Shown: piece after piece, positions 13,021 through 24,784 of the stretch | How the letters are laid out: every line of letters begins with the position of its first letter | How positions within the stretch are numbered: the stretch's first letter is position 1 | Origin: the human T2T-CHM13v2.0 reference genome, Homo sapiens | DNA length: 64,000 nt | Assembly (NCBI RefSeq): GCF_009914755.1 | Contig: NC_060934.1 | Reading direction: 5' to 3' (one strand) | The notes under the pieces: model-generated | What the model was told of the DNA's origin: nothing | The model's input: the letters and a program-made list of their open reading frames with translations, nothing else | The model's database searches: none | Made by a program: the position numbers and the translations under genes

Positions 13021-15658
13021 CCTAATTTTCGGTAATACAAACCTGCAGTCCATGCACTTAGGTAACACCCTTGCTGAAAGGTTTACCTTTGGAGGGTTTA
13101 TCCTAAAGCAAAGTATCCTCAAATTGCATGTCTTGCATTCCCTTTGGATGGCATTGATTTCATTCCTGCTCATGCCTTTCAAAAAATAGTATGCCCTGTT
13201 TTCCTACTCAGTCTGGAGGTTCCATTAAAGAGTATTTCTGGCAAAGATTTTTAGACCTGAAAACACACTCCAAAATATATTTTCTTCTGACTCCATTCCC
13301 AGAGTTTTTCCTACCGCATTCAAATGATTTCTAGAAATGTTTTTGTTGTAGCCTTGATCAATTTCAGTCGATAAAGCAGCAGATAGTAAGGGAACAATTC
13401 CACGCTCCCCACCCCTGACTCTGCAACACAGTGCAGAATTCCAGTTGGCAATAAAAAACTAGTAGAGAAGGAACTCACTGACTTCAGTTTGTAATACCGT
13501 CAGAAGAAACTTTAATCGTCACATCCTTTCTGCTCATTTGCAGGATTCCTATCATCTGTCTCCACGTGATAACACTGAAGAGCCTTCACATTGATGCAGG
13601 CCCAGGGCCTCAAGTACAGAGACTGAGAGCTCTGCAGGACACAGCATGGAGCCGCCATTCCTCTACTGGGTGGAGGAGCATGTGTCCTCTGAACAGGGGA
13701 TCCAAGCCCTGAGATGTTCTTTCTCAGCTGTCAGTGCGGCCCAGGACTTTCTGTGGGGATGCTCAGACAGCAGGGGCCGGAGGACTTTTAGCCACCACCT
13801 CCCATGGCCAGTCTTCACAAATTACCTTTGGCTAATTTGACTGTCTCTCCTCTTGGGGTCTAGGACTTCAAACATGTACAGAAGCGATTGCAGAATTAAG
13901 ACAAGACACTTCCACAATATATTTTTTGTATCACTGGCTCAGAAAAAGACTCATTCAAATCCTGTATCAAAGCCACATGTGAGAATCTTGAGAAAGCATC
14001 AGCTGACTGACTTGACAAGGGAGGAAGCAACCAAAAATTCTGCGCTTCTTCAGTATCTGAGTATGATATTTTGCTTCAACATCCCTCTTAGATGAAGTTA
14101 TTGATTGAAAATCATTTAAGTTTGCCCCATGGTAAAAGATCAAGTCCTCAGAAAGATCTCCAAAGTGTTTACGGTTTGTTTTGTTTTGGTAAGTTTACCA
14201 TGATTTTGCTTGAATTGCTCTCCGTTGATCTTCTCAGCTAAGATGGAGGTAGAGAGTTGCACAGTGGAAGAGGGCTGCATGTAAGAAGGCAGTTCTGTCT
14301 CAGAGGACAAAAGGCCTGGGAGCACCCAGACAGACAGTCACTGCATGGAGGTCACTCCCCTCCCAGTGGCCACTGTGGAGACATTTCACAGAAATGCTTG
14401 CTGGACCATTCAGGTTCAGAGTTGGGACAAAACCGAGAACTCATGGAGATATTGGACAGGAGTTAGGAAATGACCTTCTCACACAACTGGGGCAGTGGGG
14501 GAGAACCCTGGGCTTGAGACTTGCAATCCACCACTTGCCCCTGCCCCTGCCCCTGCAGTGTGGCCGCTGTTACCTTTTCCTGCAACTCTGCCTTCTTGAG
14601 TCCAAATGTCTTCGAAAGGGGCAAATGCTCGTAAGTGCCGACAGGGTGTGTTTCAGTGAATGTTTGCAGTGTGCACCGGTCTGGCTGAAGGCCTCTTCCC
14701 TTCCCCAACACCCTCCCATCGTGCAAAATTACCCTGCCCAGCAGGGAGTGACTTGTGTGTCTCAGAAGATTTTGTTGCTGTGCTCTGAGTTCTCACTCCT
14801 CATCTCCTTTGACCAGTTTCTTCTAATACTCCCCTTGTTCACAACACAGAACATGAGTGCTCTTTCCTATCATTTTGACACTAATAAACGGACAGTGATT
14901 CTCAGTGTGGAAATGAGAATGACGTTTTTTTTAAAGACAGGCTACAATAATTCCCATGCAGAGAACCACATGCGATGACACTGGATTCCAGACAGCAAGA
15001 ACGTATGGTGAAGATGAGGCCAACAGTGAGCTGAGAGAGGCCAGCCAGGGTGTGTTTCAGTGAAGATGAGAAACAATCAGATAACACCTGTTTCCTCCAG
15101 GAAAGAAAATGTGGCCAGGGAAAAGAGATGGGAGGAAGGCTGGTCATTGCCTATTCCACTGTGCACAGTTTGAATTTGGAGCCATGAAAAGTATTGCTTG
15201 GTTAAATTAAAATCATTCAAAAGATAAAACATAAACATTTAACACCAGCACAATATGCTGGGAAACAAAATGAAAGGATTTCTGGTCTCGGTGCTGTAGG
15301 TCACATAGCCACTCTTTCCTGGATTGAGGCTTTCCAGCAAAGGGGCTGGGACGTAAGGCTGGCCTGCTGGTGTGGACAGAGATTCCAGCAACATGCATGA
15401 CCTGGGGGTACAAGGATTGCTTCCTAAACAATGATAAGCACACAGCCACCTAATAGTCTGGATCGGCTGAGACCATCCTGATTTCAAACACCCAGTCCCC
15501 TTGCCTTCCTAAGAACCCCTGTGTTTCTCAGACTGAAAATGTGTTTTGAACTTTGTTCACGAAGTGAGGCCGCTGTTGAAATTCGTCAAGACTGGGAAAG
15601 AGCCAAAGTGGGAAGGAGCATGGGTTGATTGGCACAAAAGTAGGTCTGCTGATAAAGA

Positions 15659-16003
15659 ATGGAAGTAAAGGGGCCATCAGGTAGAAGCTTTTGCTGTGAG
15701 TCAGAAGGACAATTTAAAAGTTGCCTAAAGAGGCACACGCCATCTCTGCTGCTGCCTTCCAGTTGGAAGGGAAACTCAGGTTCTTGCCTAATGGCCGAAG
15801 CCCTTCACAGAATGTCCCCCACCCCTAACAGCTGCCCACTGCCCCTCCCCCTCTGCAGAATGTCTGGGGTCCTATGTTCCAGGAACCTGTTTACTTTCAA
15901 ATTTTCCTGTTTCAGTTGGACTCAGGAGCATCTGGTGAGCCAGGTCACTCTCTGGGTCTTACCCTTGGCTTTTCTCATTGTGGAAACTGCCAGACAGCGG
16001 TAG
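15659..16003 (+). other. Frameshifted NUTM2A/B-type N-terminal extension, now an overlapping uORF (114 aa)
   Basis: MEVKGPSGRSF...FTFKFS matches the recalled NUTM2A/B N-terminus. 15659-16039 is 381 nt versus 382 needed to stay in frame, implying a 1-nt deletion near 15906-15907. Confidence 0.8.
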
Positions 16004-16039
16004 TCAGTGCCCAGCCTGAGGGGATGGCTTCAAATGGAG
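15874..16039 (+). CDS. NUTM2D: NUTM2D coding exon 1
   Basis: Encodes MFQEPVY...PEGMASNG, then donor G|GTAAGC (phase 1). The true start codon is uncertain (15874 vs 16024). Confidence 0.7.
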
Positions 16040-19000
16040 GTAAGCCTGTAGGGATGGGGGCATTATCTGAGTCTGCCATGCCTCAACTCCTTAGGAATTC
16101 AAATTTGACACTGCCCCGGGGACAGTTGATAGGGCTGATGTTGAGGAGGGAGGGAAGACTGGATGTCCCCAAGGACATCACACCTGGGGATGGCCATGGC
16201 ACCCTGAGTCTGTGTTTAGGGAGGACGGCCCCTTAGAGGTGGAACAAGATGCCTGGGGGAATACACCGTGTAGGAGAAAGGACAGAGTGGATGGATTGAT
16301 CCTTTCTAGAAGGAGACAGGTCACGTCATTGTGTGTTTGTAGGGAGTGGTGGGATCATGTTGTGCTGGTGGCCCCGGGAGGATGATAGGCAAGCCTGAAC
16401 CCTGTGCCATATCTTCAGGCACCTGGAAGGTGCCCTTCCATAGTGTTCAGAGAGATTTGGACTGGAGTTTTCTAGATCTTAGGGAGGAGTGGGGAGAAGT
16501 GGTCTCAGCCAGAAAACTGTTGGGTGGGTTGGCTGTGACAGAGCATGTAGTGACAGCCCCTGGGTGGGCGAGGCTGGGGGCTGCTGTAACTGCCACAGCC
16601 CAGAGCCCCTCAGCTCTCTCCCTAGAGATGGCTTCTCCATCAGTTCAGGTAGCTGTTGGCTTTGATTTAACAGGGGTGGGGGCAGATGAGGAAGTTCAGG
16701 CAACACAGGGCCTGGGTTTCCTGAGTTGTTCTGAATTGTTTGCCCTTTTGTGGAAGCTCAGGTCTTCAGACCCACTTCCTCTTGTCTGCTAGCTCATGGC
16801 CTGTCCTCTGCACTTTGTGTTACTGTGGAGATGAAGAATTTGCTCCTATTCCATTTATACTACCTCATGAACGGGGGGCAGGTGTGGATTCTTGCTGGTT
16901 CTCAGTGGAAGGGTCTGGAAAGGCTGGTTTCCTTTTCAGTAGAGGAAGGAGAGTAGCGCACGAATAGGAAGATGGTTCTCTTATTATTATTATTCAAGTT
17001 AGGATACGTGTCCTGAATGATGAGGTGCATGTGCTGTATCCCTTATTCCCCTTGACTAGAGACTGCATGAGGTCCTATTGAACAGGGATGAGTTCCAGAC
17101 AACTTTGCCTCACCCGGCCCATGGCCCAAGAACCCCTGGTTTTTGGTTGGTCACTATGTTCAGTCATTGGGAGCTCAAAGGAGAAGGGCCAGGGATGGGC
17201 TCCTTGTCCCACTACCTATTGTAACATGACCAGCAGCTGTGAAAATCCCTAGACACCTCCCCTGTTAGCTCTGCTGCTCGCCATTTGCTGGCTGTGTTCT
17301 AATCGTGTGTGGCTTTTGCTGGCTATGCAGTGACACTGTCTCAGGGGACTCCACCACTGCCTCTCAGACCTGCTCCCTGGGAACAGAGCTTCCTGAGTGG
17401 CAGCCGGGACCATCGAGTACTGCGGAAAGGGTGGCCCGAATCTGACCCCTATTTAGCACTTGCTGTGGGTGGTGCCAGGACAATCACTTGCATGCTGGGC
17501 ATGACAGTTATGGATTATCTTCAGGGTTCCTAGGGCGCTGGCTTGGGAAAGATTTCCATCCAGTGGTTTTGTTTTGTTATGTCTGAGCTGGGAAAGAAAG
17601 GGGTTTACAAGAGCGTCAGGAAAAGGAAGATTGAAGAGGAGATGGGGCCATAATATTCGGAAGCTTCTGGCTTCCTGTCGGCCTTCTGAGTGCCGAGCAC
17701 TGCCCTGGGGTAGGCCCCTCACCTGTTGCTGAGCACGCTGAGGACCACCAAGCCGCTGAGAGACTCATCCCTGACCCATGGCTTGGGAGATGCCTGTGAG
17801 GCTGACAGGGTCTGCCAGGGACACCCGAGGGAGACCCTCGGGCAGCGAAGGCTTGGCTGTTACTTCTTGGGAGACAGGGGTCAGGGAGTCTTGGTGACCG
17901 GGGCCAGGCTCTCTAGTGGAGCGACTCTCCGTGGAGGAACAGAGCATCCGATGCACACTCAGGGACATTTGCAAGCTGCAGTTTCCCTGTCATACGCCCT
18001 TAGCTGTTGGGACTCCCCTCTGATTCCCCAGTGACTAGTGTGGACCTGGAGACCCCAGCTCATTCACCTCTTTCCTTTGTCTCCACAGCATACCCAGCGC
18101 TGGGACCGGGCGTGACCGCGAACCCTGGCACCTCCCTGTCTGTGTTCACGGCTCTGCCCTTCACCACACCCGCTCCCGGCCCAACACACGGGCCGCTCCT
18201 TGTGACTGCAGGGGCTCCTCCAGGCGGCCCTCTGGTGCTGTCTACCCTCCCCAGCACACCTCTGGTGACAGAACAGGATGGCTGCGGCCCGAGTGGGGCC
18301 GGGGCTTCCAACGTCTTTGTCCAGATGAGGACAGAGGTGGGGCCTGTGAAGGCCGCTCAGGCGCAGACCTTGGTCCTAACTCAGGCCCCCCTCGTCTGGC
18401 AGGCTCCAGGCGCCCTCTGCGGAGGTGTTGTGTGTCCACCTCCCCTACTCCTGGCAGCTGCTCCTGTGGTGCCTGTTATGGCTGCCCAGGTGGTTGGGGG
18501 CACCCAGGCCTGTGAGGGAGGCTGGTCCCAGGGCCTTCCTCTTCCACCACCACCACCACCGGCTGCCCAGCTGCCCCCCATTGTGTCCCAAGGGAATGCT
18601 GGGCCATGGCCACAAGGGGCTCACGGAGAGGGCAGCCTGGCTTCCTCCCAGGCCAAGGCCCCGCCAGATGACTCCTGTAACCCCAGGAGTGTCTATGAGA
18701 ACTTCCGACTCTGGCAGCACTACAAGCCCCTGGCCCGGAGGCACCTTCCCCAGAGTCCTGACACCGAAGCGCTTTCGTGCTTCCTCATGTGAGTGTCCTG
18801 GGGGCATTGGAGCTGGTCCTGCAGCTCACACGTAAAGAGGCTGCTGGATGGACGGGAGGTCACGCTGTTCAGGGGAGCTTGCAGGGCGGTTGTGAGGGTG
18901 ATGGGCTGCACTATGGGAAGGTATATTTTTGACCATATTAATCTGGCTGCGGCTCAGGACAGACTGTCAGGGGCCTCATCTCAACTGCCCGTCACTGTCC

Positions 19001-22000
19001 CGTGAGTCCAGCCAATCCTTACTTTCAATAATTTTCACAACAATGTTTACAGAAGACCCAGGTCAGAGAGGGTTCCTGGTGTGACGTGAGCTACGGTTTG
19101 GGTTTAGGTCTTTGAGTACACGCCCCAGTGCCTCCCCTTTAACCCAGTATTGATGGCCAGGAGCACCTCACATGGGGCCGGGGGGAGGAGCTGCAGGACC
19201 CAGCAGGAACCTGACACATGCCCGCAGTTCCGCTGAGGTCCAGTTAGCACAGCGGTGGTGGAGCCTGCACAGGGGGATGGTCTTGGGCCCTGCACTGGGG
19301 CCGATGCCGAGCAGGTATTTGCATCTTCACCCTCAATCCCTCCTAGAAAAAGGGACAATGATGCTTCATTCAGAGGATGGTGAAGAGATAACTTGAGCTC
19401 ACATATGACATGCATAGCACAGTGCCTGGCACATGCTATGACACATTACATGACAGCAGTTATGATTACTGTCCCCATTACTATCATTATCAAGACTAGG
19501 CCATCTAGGAGAGCACTCCCCAAAGCCACGGGCTCCAGTGATAGCTCTGAGTGCACCATGAGTCCAGCAGCCCAGGGCCATGGACTGTGGTGACTGTGAG
19601 GCAGCAACGTCAGCATCTGGGAGAGTTTGTGGTTTCATTCCCAGTCCCTGCCTCTCTCCACCCTGCGGTGCCTCTGTGACCCTGTGTTTCCCGCTGATGA
19701 GCAAACGGGAGCTTGAGCACATCCACCGTGCAACACACTGGCCGTTCCCCTAGGGAAGTCCCCTGCCTGGGGTGTAGGTGGAAGGTGGCCCCATTTTCAT
19801 CCCCCAAAATCTCGCTGTTCCCGCACCCTGGAACTGGTTGCATTCCTCCTTGGAGCGGAGTCCCGGTGCACTGGGGACCCTGATTCTTGGGGTGGAGCTG
19901 CCCCAGGCTCACAGGCCTTTGCCATGGCTCCTGTGGGAATGTGGGATCTGGACCTGCTGCTTGCAGTGGCGTGGACACCGCTCTGCTTTGGTTCTGGACG
20001 TGTGCTCCTGCTCCTCATGCTCCAGGGCCCTGAGGCTACGTCCCCAGGGGCTGCCTTGCTCCAGAGTCCCCAGGAAGCCGGTTAAATGCTCAGTCTTGGG
20101 GCCCTGGAACCTGCACTTTAACCCTCACCCCCAGGTCATTCTGTGTGCACGCTGTCTCAGTCAGCTCAGGCTCTGCCGTAACGAATGCCGTAGACTGGGT
20201 GCTTTATCAAGACACATTCATGTCTCCCAGTTCCAGAGGCCAGAAGTCCCAGATCAAGGTGACAGCAGATTGGGTGTCTGGTCAGGGCCCTCCTCCTGGC
20301 TGGAGAGAGCTGTCTCTGGCTATGTCTCCTCGTGGCTGAGAGCAAGAGCCCTGGCGTCTCCTTCTGCCCTTATCAGGGCTTGGATTCCATGACTGGGACC
20401 CACGCTCATGACCTGCTTTAACCCTGATTGCCTCCAAATACTGACACACTGGTGCTGAGGACTTCAGCACAGGAATGTTGGAGACACACATGTTCCACCC
20501 ATAGTACTGAGTCCACTTCTCAACACTGAGGACTCGAGGGGCAGTCGGAGAGGCCACTTGGTAGCTTGTGTTGATGTTTGATCTTGGGGGTGTGTCCTGG
20601 GGCCTGAGGAGCCCACATGGGGGAGAACAGGACAGGGACAGATGGCAGGACAGGTGTGGGGAGGACAGGGGCCAGGTGTTGGGACCAGGTGGGCTTGGGA
20701 TGAAGGGTGGGCTTATAGACTGAGACTGACTGCACTGGTTTACAGCCCAGTTCTCCGATCCCTGGCCCGGCGGAAGCCCACCATGACCCTGGAGGAGGGA
20801 CTGTGGCGGGCCATGCGGGAATGGCAGCACACGAGCAACTTTGACCGGATGATCTTCTACGAGATGGCGGAAAAGTGAGTCTGGGGTCCTGGGAGCGGGG
20901 CCCGCGTGGCAGGGTGAGAGTGAATGACAGAGGCCCGGTGGCCATGGTGGCTTCTCAACGTGGAGTATGAGGAGGGTGTGGAGAAACCCAGGACACTCTG
21001 GGCCCCTGGCTCCCTCAGGAAGCTGCTCCTGCCACCTAGAGTGTTCTGGGGTCTCTGTCCTGGCCTATTGGGAAGCACCCCCTGCCTGGCCTGGGGCCAT
21101 CCCTGCCTTGACACTGGAGGTCATGGCAGGAGCAGCCAGCATCACAGACCAAAGTGGGTCACCTCCAGCTGTGGGGATGGGGAGAAGGGGCGCTAGTGAC
21201 TATGGACAAGAGTAGGGTGCAGGCTCCTCACAGCAGTGGCCAGAAGTCGGTTTTCTCCCATCCCAGCCTGGCCAGGGAGTTGGGTTGGGGAGACCTGCAC
21301 CTGGGACACCATGGGACCCATCTCTGGCCTGACTGCCTTTGCTCCTGGGCAGTCCCCTCCATGAAGGCAGACAGATAGACAGCAGCCTCAGGGGAAAGGG
21401 GCCCTGTCCTCTGAGCTCAGCTTTTGCTTCCTCCTGACCAGGGGTCTCCCAGGCCTCGTGCCCCTGGGTTATCTTTCAGGGGCCCACAGTCCTAGCCTCA
21501 GGACTCCTGCATCTGGGCATCATCCCTGATGCCTTCTGCCATAAATCCCACCCCTGGCCAGCTGAAACCTGGAGGAGGGGTCCCCCGAGACCCTCCTGGA
21601 CCTCGTGGCCCTGAGTTGAGTCAGGAAGCCCCGTTGATGCCATGGGCTCTGCAGGGGCCGGGTGAGGGAGGGTGAGCCCAGAACTCTGGGAGCAGCTTTC
21701 TCCTGGGACTGGGGGATGGGACACAGTGAGGGCCTGGACAGCCCACCCGAGGCACTCCCTCCCATCCCTGCCCTCGGCCGCTGCCTGGTCCTGGGGGGAG
21801 GGGGCCTGGACCCTCTCAGCACAGCCTGGGCCTCCTTCACCGCCAGGTTCCTGGAGTTTGAGGCTGAGGAGGAGATGCAGATTCAGAAATCGCAATGGAT
21901 GAAGGGGCCCCAGTGCCTGCCTCCTCCAGCCACACCGAGGCTTGAACCTCGAGGACCCCCGGCCCCTGAGGTGGTCAAGCAGCCAGGTATGGCTTCCCAC

Positions 22001-24532
22001 ATTCCCACAGGAGCCATGGCAAAGGCCAAAGGGGCCAAGGGAGGCCACTGTCCCCACACCCCATGCTTCCCTTCGAGAGGGGGATTTGCTCCCTCCAACA
22101 GGACAGTTTCCAGGAGCATATGTTCGGTATTGACCTGGTCAAGTTTCCTAGCTACTCTCTCCCCTCGCCTGTCCAAAACTCCACATATGCTCTGCCCAGG
22201 AAGCAGGGATGAGCGGGGAGAGTACACGGCATATTGGTGGCTCCAAACTTCCTCCCAAGCGATGCTGTCTCAGATGTGCCCCTCCTGCCTCCTCCGGGGG
22301 CGCTGCGGTTCAGGTGGTCCTGACCCAGCTGGGACCCACTTCACATCCCCAAGCCCTGCCCTCCCCTGTGTGGTGCCAGCAGGAGGAGCGGCCCTCACCA
22401 CGCCCGTCCTCCTCCCTCTCTGCCTCAGTGTACCTTCCCAGCAAGGCCGGCCCCAAGGCCCCGACTGCCTGCCTGCCACCACCCAGGCCCCAGAGGCCAG
22501 TGACCAAGGCCCGCCGGCCACCACCCCGGCCCCACCGGCGAGCAGAGACCAAGGCCCGCCTGCCACCACCCAGGCCCCAGAGACCAGCAGAGACCAAGGT
22601 CCCTGAGGAGATCCCCCCAGAAGTGGTGCAGGAGTATGTGGACATCATGGAGGAGCTGCTGGGGCCTTCCCTCGGGGCCACGGGGGAGCCTGAGAAACAA
22701 CGGGAAGAGAGCGAAGTGAAGCAGCCACAGGAAGAGGACTGGACGCCCCCAGACCCGGGCCTCCTGAGCTACACTGACAAGCTGTGTTCCCAGAAAGACT
22801 TCGTCACCAAGGTGGGCTGGCCTGGAGTGCTGGGGTCTGCTGGATTCCAGGGGGTGGCACTCCCAGGTCCTTGGAATTAAGCTCTGTTCCTTAGCTACTC
22901 AGCAGTGTGTGTATTTCCAAGGATTTGAGTGTCTGTGTATGTGATTGTGTGTGTCTGTGTGTTGCTGTGTGTTTGTGTCTGTGGTTTGTTACTGTGTGTC
23001 TTTGTGTGTCTGTGTGGGTGTGAGTGTGGAGTGTGTACGTTACCTGTGTCTGTGTCTTTTCCTGTGTCATATGTGGGTCTGTTTGTGTGTCTGTGTGTGG
23101 TTTGTGTGTCTCTGTCTGTGTGTGTGTAGCTACCAGGTCTGTGGTCTGTGTCTGTAGCTGGTGGTCACCATGATATGAGACAGCCCCAGGAGGGTGGGGA
23201 CGGGGCGCTCGCTGCTTTCTGCATCTCCTCCAGGTGTCCTTGGCTCCAGGTTACTCCCTGCCCAGGAAGCTCATGCCTTCTTCCTTCTGTTTCCAGGTGG
23301 AGGCCGTCATTCATCCCCAATTCCTGGAAGAATTGCTTTCCCCAGATCCACAGATGGATTTCTTGGCCCTAAGCCAGGAGCTGGAGCAGGAGGAAGGACT
23401 CACCCTTGCCCAGGTACCCCAGGGGCAGGAGGGACCTGGCACACAAGGCCCACCTGATTGTCTAATCCCCCCCGCTGGGGATGCTCGGCTTCTTGGGGAG
23501 CCACTCTGGAGTGGGAAGATGCAGGTTCAGAGGGAGTAGGATGGACAGGAGCCAGGGAGGGGAGTCAGCATGCAAGCTGTGGTGAGGCCCAACGGGAGGC
23601 CCGGCAGAGCCACACCCTCTCTCTTTGACATAAAGCCCAGCTGCCTCAGGCTTCCCTACCTGCCGCCTAAGTGCCCTGGTCTCCACCACCCTGGGCCCCG
23701 CTCACACCTGGGGCAGTGCCCGTAAGTGCCCCCTTTCCTCCCGCAGCTAGTGGAGAAGCGCCTCCTACCCTTGAAGGAGAAACAGCATGCGAGGGCAGCC
23801 CCTAGTCGTGGCACAGCCCGGTTGGACTCAAGTTCTTCTAAGTTTGCAGCTGGCCAAGGAGCAGAGAGAGACGTCCCTGACCCCCAACAAGGGGTTGGCA
23901 TGGAAACCTGCCCACCCCAGACGACTGCCCGGGACTCTCAGGGACGAGGCAGAGCACACACTGGCATGGCCAGGTCCAAAGACTCTGTTGTGCTTTTGGG
24001 ATGTCAGGATTCCCCTGGGCTGAGGGCTGCCCGGCCAACCTCTCCTCCCCAGGACCACAGACCCACCTGCCCTGGCGTGGGTACCAAGGATGCCTTGGAT
24101 CTCCCTGGAGGGTCTCCTGTCAGGGAGTCACATGGGCTGGCTCAGGGGTCAAGTGAGGAGGAGGAACTCCCCAGCCTGGCCTTCCTCTTGGGTTCCCAGC
24201 ACAAGCTTCTGCCCTGGTGGCTACCCCAGAGCCCTGTCCCTGCCTCGGGCCTTCTCAGCCCAGAAAAGTGGGGACCCCAGGGAACTCATCAGTCCCCATC
24301 TGCTGAGAGAAGAGGCCTCAACCTAGCACCTTCTCCTGCCAACAAGGCCAAGAAGCGACCTCTCTTTGGAAGCCTGTCCCCTGCTGAAAAGACACCCCAC
24401 CCAGGGCCTGGGCTCAGGGTCTCTGGGGAGCAATCCCTGACTTGGGGGCTGGGTGGCCCCTCACAGTCTCAAAAGAGAAAGGGTGACCCCTTGGTCTCCA
24501 GGAAGGAGAAGAAGCAGCATTGTAGCCAGTAG
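15874..24532 (+). CDS. NUTM2D: NUT family member 2D, 7 coding exons, 806 aa
   Basis: Exons 15874-16039, 18089-18788, 20746-20874, 21847-21986, 22429-22811, 23297-23413, 23747-24532. All introns are GT-AG, phases are consistent, and the sum is 2421 nt = 806 aa + TAG. Contains the NUT domain ([74 protein letters not shown]) and a C-terminal basic NLS-like [14 protein letters not shown]. The [10 protein letters not shown]-terminus and 806-aa length fit NUTM2D as recalled, not the 878-aa NUTM2A/B/E. Confidence 0.88.
18089..18788 (+). CDS. NUTM2D: NUTM2D coding exon 2
   Basis: Acceptor ctccacag|CA, donor AT|GTGAGT. 700 nt, encoding AYPALGPG...EALSCFL. Confidence 0.93.
20150..20505 (-). mobile_element. 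MLT1-type MaLR LTR in NUTM2D intron 2
   Basis: gccgtaacgaatgccgtagactggg...cagttccagaggccagaagtcccagatcaagg...acctgctttaaccctgattgcctccaaatac. Confidence 0.7.
20746..20874 (+). CDS. NUTM2D: NUTM2D coding exon 3
   Basis: tttacag|C ... AA|GTGAGT. 129 nt, encoding [10 protein letters not shown]...YEMAE. Confidence 0.93.
21847..21986 (+). CDS. NUTM2D: NUTM2D coding exon 4
   Basis: cgccag|G ... G|GTATGG. 140 nt, encoding FLEFEAEEE...VVKQP. Confidence 0.93.
22429..22811 (+). CDS. NUTM2D: NUTM2D coding exon 5
   Basis: cctcag|TG ... AAG|GTGGGC. 383 nt, encoding YLPSK...DFVTK. Confidence 0.93.
22471..22602 (+). repeat. Coding tandem repeat, 3 x 42-45 bp ([13 protein letters not shown]-like)
   Basis: Units 22471-22512, 22513-22557 and 22558-22602, all in frame. 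Confidence 0.85.
22905..23155. repeat. Degenerate (TG)n/(TGTC)n low-complexity tract in intron 5
   Basis: About 250 nt of gtgtgtctgt-like sequence. Confidence 0.85.
23297..23413 (+). CDS. NUTM2D: NUTM2D coding exon 6
   Basis: ttccag|GTG ... CAG|GTACCC. 117 nt, encoding VEAVIHP...LTLAQ. Confidence 0.93.
23747..24532 (+). CDS. NUTM2D: NUTM2D coding exon 7
   Basis: ccgcag|CTA ... TAG. 786 nt, encoding LVEKRLL...KQHCSQ*. Confidence 0.93.
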   Translation, partial: LVEKRLLPLKEKQHARAAPSRGTARLDSSSSKFAAGQGAERDVPDPQQGVGMETCPPQTTARDSQGRGRAHTGMARSKDSVVLLGCQDSPGLRAARPTSPPQDHRPTCPGVGTKDALDLPGGSPVRESHGLAQGSSEEEELPSLAFLLGSQHKLLPWWLPQSPVPASGLLSPEKWGPQGTHQSPSAERRGLNLAPSPANKAKKRPLFGSLSPAEKTPHPGPGLRVSGEQSLTWGLGGPSQSQKRKGDPLVSRKEKKQHCSQ

Positions 24533-24778
24533 GGGCTTCTGAGCAGGCTCTCTGGGGCTGATCCCCAAGGATGGGGCTCTGGCATCCGATGCCCCAAAGC
24601 GGTCAAAAGCTTCTTCTCCCCCAGTGCTGATCTTGCTGGGCCTTAGCTTTGGAGGGTAGGGGAGGGAGGGGAGGGAGAGGGTGGCTGAATGGGGAGGGCA
24701 GGAAGGGAGGGTCTGGGGGGAAGGGGCTGGGGAGTGGGGGTGGGAAGCAGTGCGTTGGGGGCCTCGTGTGTAATTGTG

Positions 24779-24784
24779 AATAAA
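24779..24784 (+). terminator. NUTM2D polyadenylation signal AATAAA
   Basis: AATAAA ~250 nt after the stop codon, followed by GT-rich sequence. Confidence 0.75.

Noticed and set aside
21662-22606. 314-aa ORF and other long ORFs overlapping NUTM2D
   Set aside because: They read through introns or are shadow frames of GC-rich exons; the spliced model explains the coding parts.
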